DNA of 64,000 nucleotides from Deltaproteobacteria bacterium (GTDB lineage Bacteria; Myxococcota; Kuafuiibacteriia; Kuafuiibacteriales; Kuafuiibacteriaceae): NCBI GenBank assembly GCA_040218735.1, contig JAVJQW010000019.1, positions 1 to 64,000 of the forward strand, read 5' to 3'. Shown piece by piece: positions 59,380 to 64,000 of this stretch (position 1 is its first letter; each line of letters starts with the position of its first letter). The notes under the pieces were generated by a model. It saw only the letters and a program-made list of their open reading frames with translations, ran no database searches and was not told where the DNA came from. The position numbers and the translations under genes were made by a program.

Positions 59380-59846
59380 TGCCGCGCATGTTCCCGCTCC
59401 CTGGTGGCGTCCGACGCGACGCCGCCGTCGACGCGTGGTTCACGCCCCGCGGCGAGCTCGGCGCGATCGCGCGGCGCTGGTTCGAGGTCATGCGCGCGCA
59501 GGGCGACGACGTCGTGGAGCTGCTTCACGACGACCAACCCACCGCCTGCGTCGGCGACGCACCGTTCGCCTACGTGAACACGTTCAAGGCCCATGTGAAC
59601 GTCGGTTTCTTCCGCGGCACTGAGCTTTCAGATCCGGCCGGGCTCCTGGAGGGGACCGGTAAGTTCATGCGGCACGTGAAGTTGCGCCCCGAGCGCCCGA
59701 TCGACGAGGGCGCGCTGGACCACCCGGCCGGCGACGCGGCTGCGCCGCGCCCCCTGGGCACCTCGCTCGCTTCCTCCCTCACGGGAGAGCGCGAGCTCGA
59801 GCACCTCATCGCCGAGGCGTACGCCGAGCTGCGCGCCGCGCTCTGA
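59379..59846 (+). CDS. DUF1801 (YdhG-like) protein with a 27-aa insertion
   Basis: FAYVNTFKAHVNVGFFRG.EL.DP.GLLEGTGKFMRHVKL; TGATG coupling to the upstream gene. Confidence 0.9.
   Translation: MPRMFPLPGGVRRDAAVDAWFTPRGELGAIARRWFEVMRAQGDDVVELLHDDQPTACVGDAPFAYVNTFKAHVNVGFFRGTELSDPAGLLEGTGKFMRHVKLRPERPIDEGALDHPAGDAAAPRPLGTSLASSLTGERELEHLIAEAYAELRAAL
59715..59805. mobile_element. Single 81-bp element (bioA family) in frame in the DUF1801 gene
   Basis: 65/81 ungapped matches to the bioA unit by hand count; imperfect direct repeats CTGGACCACC (59715) and CTCGAGCACC (59796). Confidence 0.9.
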
Positions 59847-59896
59847 CGGTCAGACGCTCGTACCCGCGCTCGATCTCAAGTAGTGTCGCAGGGTCC

Positions 59897-60946
59897 GTGA
59901 GCGGCGACGGGTACAAGGGCGCGCGGCCGACCGGTTCCATCCTCGGTGACGACACCCCGGACGCGTGGGCCGAGGACTCCAACCCCGAAGCCCACACCGA
60001 GTTCGAGTTCTCCCCACCGACGCCGCAACGCGCGAAGCGCCCCGACCCCGAGCCTCCCCCGCCCGAGCCCAAACCCAAGGCGCCGCCGAGCGAGGTCGAA
60101 GCGCTCCTCGACCAGGTGATCGACGAGGCGGTTCCGCCGCCCGAGACCGACGAGGTCCCACTCCCCGACGCATACTCGACGGAGGAGATGCCCGAGCTGT
60201 CGCGCCCCCCCACCTTCGCGCCGAAGCTCGCGCCCCCGGACGACAACCTCGCGACCAACCGCGTCGAGATCCCCAAGACACTCTCGCAGCGACCGAAGGT
60301 CCCGGTCGGTCGCGACACCCAGACCGAGATGTTCGACGGCGAGGCCGCGTCGCTGCAGCGCGCGATCGACGCGTCGTTCGGCGACAAGAAGCCGGGCGTC
60401 CGCATTCCCGAGGAGCTCACGCCGGAGGTACGCGCGGTGTCGAAGGTGCTGATGGGCCGCACGGGTCCGGGCGCTGACGCCGACGTTCCCGCGAAACCCA
60501 CGCCCACCGCGAAGAAGGCCCCGACGATGCCCTCGCTGACCGACGACCTGGTCCTCGGCGACGACGCGGGCACGCCCGTGCCGGCGACCCAATCGATCCT
60601 GGCCAACGCGCCGCCGCCGAAGCCGCCGCCCCGTCCGGTCGCGCCCGTGAGCTCACCCTCCGGCGCCGAGCTCGACGCCGTGGCGGATGCGTTCGACCTG
60701 GAGCCGAGCGAACCGTCCCACCCCGCCGCGGACGCGTCGTCGGGGTTGGAGCTCGCCTACGATCCGCAACGTCCGGCGCCGAAGTTCAGCCCGTCGCGCG
60801 GAGCGAGTGCGCCATCGCGGCCTTCGAACGCCGCGCTGAAGACACTCGACGCCGTCGAGCCGACGGCGATGGCCACCACGACGAAGATCCTCATCGCGTT
60901 TGCGGTGGTGCTGGTCGCGGTCGCGGTCGTCGCGTTCCTCAGGTAG
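59897..60946 (+). CDS. Pro/acidic low-complexity protein with a C-terminal membrane anchor
   Basis: Ends KILIAFAVVLVAVAVVAFLR. Confidence 0.7.
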   Translation: MSGDGYKGARPTGSILGDDTPDAWAEDSNPEAHTEFEFSPPTPQRAKRPDPEPPPPEPKPKAPPSEVEALLDQVIDEAVPPPETDEVPLPDAYSTEEMPELSRPPTFAPKLAPPDDNLATNRVEIPKTLSQRPKVPVGRDTQTEMFDGEAASLQRAIDASFGDKKPGVRIPEELTPEVRAVSKVLMGRTGPGADADVPAKPTPTAKKAPTMPSLTDDLVLGDDAGTPVPATQSILANAPPPKPPPRPVAPVSSPSGAELDAVADAFDLEPSEPSHPAADASSGLELAYDPQRPAPKFSPSRGASAPSRPSNAALKTLDAVEPTAMATTTKILIAFAVVLVAVAVVAFLR

Positions 60947-61559
60947 TCGGCGCGACCGGGAGGTGCGCGCGTTCGTTGAACGTCCGCAGGTGCCACCCGA
61001 GCTCGTAGAGCTCGAAGCGGTGAATCGCGCAGTTGTCGGGACGCATCCTCAGCGGGACGCCGCGTGGGATGCCGAGGACGTAGCGCGTGAACCAGCTGAT
61101 CAGGCCGCCGTGGGTGACGGCGAGGATCGTGTGGTCGGGGTAGCGCACGGCGATGTCGTCGGTGACATCGCGAGCGCGTTTGACGAGGTCGTCGCGGCTC
61201 TCGCCGCCGCCCGGCATCGGGAAGTCCGGCTGGCCGCTCTGGAGCGCGGCCTTCACGTCCGGGTGGGCTTCGCGGATCTCCTCCCAGGTGCGGCCCTCGA
61301 GTTTACCGAACGACATCTCGCGCAGGCGCGGATCGAGGATCGGCTCGACGGCGTGCGGGACGGCGATGATCCGAGCGGTCGCGACCGCGCGCGTGAGATC
61401 GCTCGAATAGATCGCGTGAATCGGCTCGTCGGCGAGCGCCTCCGCGACCGTCTTGGCCTGGAGGATGCCGTGCGCGGTGAGCTCGCTGTTCGACTGGCCC
61501 TGGATGCGAAGCTCGCGGTTCCATTCGCTCTCGCCGTGCCGGACGAGGATCAACTTCAC
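60939..61559 (-). CDS. Histidine phosphatase (phosphoglycerate mutase) family protein
   Basis: LVRHGESEWN, SSDLTRA, GGES, VTHGG; GTGA overlap with the HAD gene. Confidence 0.94.
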   Translation of the reverse strand: MKLILVRHGESEWNRELRIQGQSNSELTAHGILQAKTVAEALADEPIHAIYSSDLTRAVATARIIAVPHAVEPILDPRLREMSFGKLEGRTWEEIREAHPDVKAALQSGQPDFPMPGGGESRDDLVKRARDVTDDIAVRYPDHTILAVTHGGLISWFTRYVLGIPRGVPLRMRPDNCAIHRFELYELGWHLRTFNERAHLPVAPTT

Positions 61560-62152
61560 GGCGCGGCCTCGGGGACCCCGAGGGCGACGAGGTCCTCGAT
61601 TAGCGTCGGCGTGTCGACGCGGAGCACGCCGCGCATCCCGACGGCTTCGGCGCCCTTCACGTTGTCGGGGCGATCGTCGACGAAGATGCAGTCCTCGGCG
61701 GGCACGCCGAGCGCGTCGACGACGTACTGGTACGCCTCGGGGACCGGCTTCCTGAAACCCATGTGGCAGGAGACGAAGGTCCAGCCGACGTAGCGCGACA
61801 CCTTCAGCTTGTCTTCGATCAGGCGGTACCAGACGGGGTAGTTGGAGAGCGTGTGTTGCGCGTAGCCCGCAGCGTCGAGGCGGCGGACGAGATCTTCCAT
61901 GCCGTCGAGCCAGTCGTAGTGCGCGGTCATCGCGGCCTTGAGGCCGTCGACGTCCCAGGCGCGACGGTCGGTGAAGAAGCGCTCGGCGTGGGTCGCTTCG
62001 TCGATGAAGCCGCGCTCGAAGTCGACCCACGAGCGCCGGTCCTTCACGGCGTAGAGCTGTTCGAGGGTGAGGCCGAAGAACTGGGGGACGGTCTCGAAGA
62101 ACGGTTCGGAGACGAGCGTCCCCATCACGTCGAACAGGAGTACCGGGGCCAC
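61556..62152 (-). CDS. HAD-IA family phosphatase
   Basis: FDVMGTL, LSNY, GFRKP, FVDDRPDNV. Confidence 0.92.
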   Translation of the reverse strand: MAPVLLFDVMGTLVSEPFFETVPQFFGLTLEQLYAVKDRRSWVDFERGFIDEATHAERFFTDRRAWDVDGLKAAMTAHYDWLDGMEDLVRRLDAAGYAQHTLSNYPVWYRLIEDKLKVSRYVGWTFVSCHMGFRKPVPEAYQYVVDALGVPAEDCIFVDDRPDNVKGAEAVGMRGVLRVDTPTLIEDLVALGVPEAAP

Positions 62153-62250
62153 CGCACCCTTGATTACGGCGCCCCTCGCGCGTTCGCAACCGTTCGGTCA
62201 CACGATCGCGTGAGCGGGCGCCGTGTTCAGGCTGGGCGACGGGCCTCAGC

Positions 62251-63855
62251 CTAGTCTCGCGGCCAGGGGTCTTCCTCCACGGGGGCCTGCCGGTCGATGG
62301 CGCCGTTGGCGATCATGACGTCGGCGAGTTGCTCGAGGAGCGCGATGTCGAGCTGCATGTCGACGTCGCCTTCGCCGTCGTTCACGCCGTCTTCGTAGTC
62401 CGCGACGGCGGCGATCAGACGACGGAGGAGATCCACGCCGTCCGCGCCTTGGCCGCGGTGGAACAGGTCCGTCGCTCCGCGCATCCCGACGAGGATGTTC
62501 AACATGACGAACGACTTCGTGACGATGTCGTTGTCGAAGAAGCCCTCGCGCAGGAGGACATCGGCCGGGTGCGGGTAAGCCACCTTGAGGGACTGCGTCA
62601 CACGCTCGGTCTGGCCGGGCACGCGGTACGACAGCGCGATGCCCGCGACGTCGGTGTCCCCGTCCTGCGCGACGTCGTCGTTCGGCATCAGCTCGAGGAG
62701 CAGCGCGGAGCCACCGCCGCGGCGGCCGTTCCCCTCGGTGACGTCGTCGTGCGACGTGCGGTGCGCGAGGAAGACACTCGGGATCGAGAGGCGACCACTC
62801 GTGAGGTCGTGCTCGAAGAGCGAGGAGCCGTACGCGTTGCGGAAACGGTAGTCGGCGCCGGCTTCGACTTCGATCTCGAGATCGAACGCGACCGGCACGG
62901 TGAAGTAAGCGAGCTCCTCGGTGAAGACCTCCTCCACCGCCGACGCGTCCTCGACGAAGTACGCGTTGCCGTCGCCCTGCAGGGAGAGGTCGCGCATGAG
63001 CGCGTAGTTGAACGAGGTGCCGAGGCCGATCGTGGTGAGGCCCACGCCGTCGGAGTTGTAGGCGCGGCTGTTCTCGAGGATCTGAGCGGGGCCGGTGACG
63101 CCCGCGGTCGGCTGGCCGTCGGAGAGGAGGATGACGCGGTTCTGCAGGCCGATGTCGTAGTTTTGGAGGACCTGCTGGTAGCCGAGCTCGAGGCCGCCCC
63201 ACAGGTTGGTCGATCCGCCGGGGACGAGGCCGTCGACGACTTCGCGGAGTCGGTTGCGCGCGCCGCGCACCTCGGCCATCTCGAAGCGAACCTCGGCGTC
63301 GCCGGAGTACGCGACGATGGCGATGCGGTCGTCGTCGTAGAGCTCGTTGACCATCTGCATCAGGCCGCTCTTCACGAAGTCCATCTTCCCCTCGGAGGAC
63401 ATCGAGCCGGACACGTCGACGACGATCGCGAGGTTGAGGGGCGGGCGGTTGTTCGGGTCGACGGCGAGCGGCGAGTTCAGACCGACCTGCAGCAGCGTGC
63501 AGTTGTTCCCGTTGATGAGGTTGGCCATGACGCCGAGCATCGCTTGGCCGCAGACACGCTCACCGCACTCCGGCTCGGGGAGGGGCGTGTGGTGCTCGGC
63601 GAAGAAGCCGGCGTCGTCGACGTCGTCGGGGCGCGGCACCTGGTTCGCGTCGAGGAGGCGGCGGAAGTAGCCGAAGTCCTGCGCGCCGCCGAGGTTCACG
63701 TTGGTGTTGTTGCCGGCGTTGGGGTTGTTGGGGTTGCCGCCCGTGTTGTCGGGGGCGGCGATCGAGGTGTCGTCGTAGGCGCCCAGGCCCCCGCAGGCGG
63801 AGGCGAAGACGAAGAAGAGGGACGGTGCAAATCGAGTGGCGACTTTGAATTTCAT
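62251..63855 (-). CDS. VWA-domain (YfbK-like) lipoprotein
   Basis: Lipobox ASA-C; DVSGSM, GSTN, LLSDG. Confidence 0.88.
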   Translation of the reverse strand: MKFKVATRFAPSLFFVFASACGGLGAYDDTSIAAPDNTGGNPNNPNAGNNTNVNLGGAQDFGYFRRLLDANQVPRPDDVDDAGFFAEHHTPLPEPECGERVCGQAMLGVMANLINGNNCTLLQVGLNSPLAVDPNNRPPLNLAIVVDVSGSMSSEGKMDFVKSGLMQMVNELYDDDRIAIVAYSGDAEVRFEMAEVRGARNRLREVVDGLVPGGSTNLWGGLELGYQQVLQNYDIGLQNRVILLSDGQPTAGVTGPAQILENSRAYNSDGVGLTTIGLGTSFNYALMRDLSLQGDGNAYFVEDASAVEEVFTEELAYFTVPVAFDLEIEVEAGADYRFRNAYGSSLFEHDLTSGRLSIPSVFLAHRTSHDDVTEGNGRRGGGSALLLELMPNDDVAQDGDTDVAGIALSYRVPGQTERVTQSLKVAYPHPADVLLREGFFDNDIVTKSFVMLNILVGMRGATDLFHRGQGADGVDLLRRLIAAVADYEDGVNDGEGDVDMQLDIALLEQLADVMIANGAIDRQAPVEEDPWPRD

Positions 63856-64000
63856 TCGGTGACCTCGGCGCGCCCTAACCGCAAGGCACGTGCCAGAAAA
63901 CTGAGGCGCCACGAAATCCTTTGCAGTTCGACGACTTGGGCGCGTGCGCGCGGCCACGACGGCGACACGGGTGTCATGCCGCTGCAAGCGCCGTCACCTT

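Overview
This is a very GC-rich bacterial window, most likely Myxococcota: it has a MYXO-CTERM-type tail, a CglF/GltF-like protein, many lipoproteins, a Ser/Thr kinase and ECF sigma factors. It holds about 55 plausible genes, including a bioBADF operon, nifJ with a DHODH-like gene, plsX, yacG, an aromatic catabolism locus and an archaeal-type gatE-gatD pair. I saw no rRNA, tRNA, CRISPR array or transposase. Main observations: (1) Short two-hairpin elements with codon-multiple lengths sit in frame inside protein genes, flanked by short direct repeats. There are 4 tandem 81-bp copies in bioA, one in opposite orientation in a DUF1801 gene, a diverged 87+36-bp version in a hydrolase domain, and probable further cases in phzF and gtrA. 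(2) A 1005-aa fusion of maleylacetate reductase, alpha/beta-hydrolase and a homogentisate-dioxygenase-like domain lies next to a 3-oxoadipate CoA-transferase and PcaR. (3) GatDE, classically archaeal, occurs here in a bacterium. (4) There is a second, intergenic MITE-like inverted-repeat family. (5) There is a probable polymorphic toxin-immunity pair, and an ECF sigma with two visible copies of its likely target promoter. All family calls come from motif recognition by eye, with no database searches.
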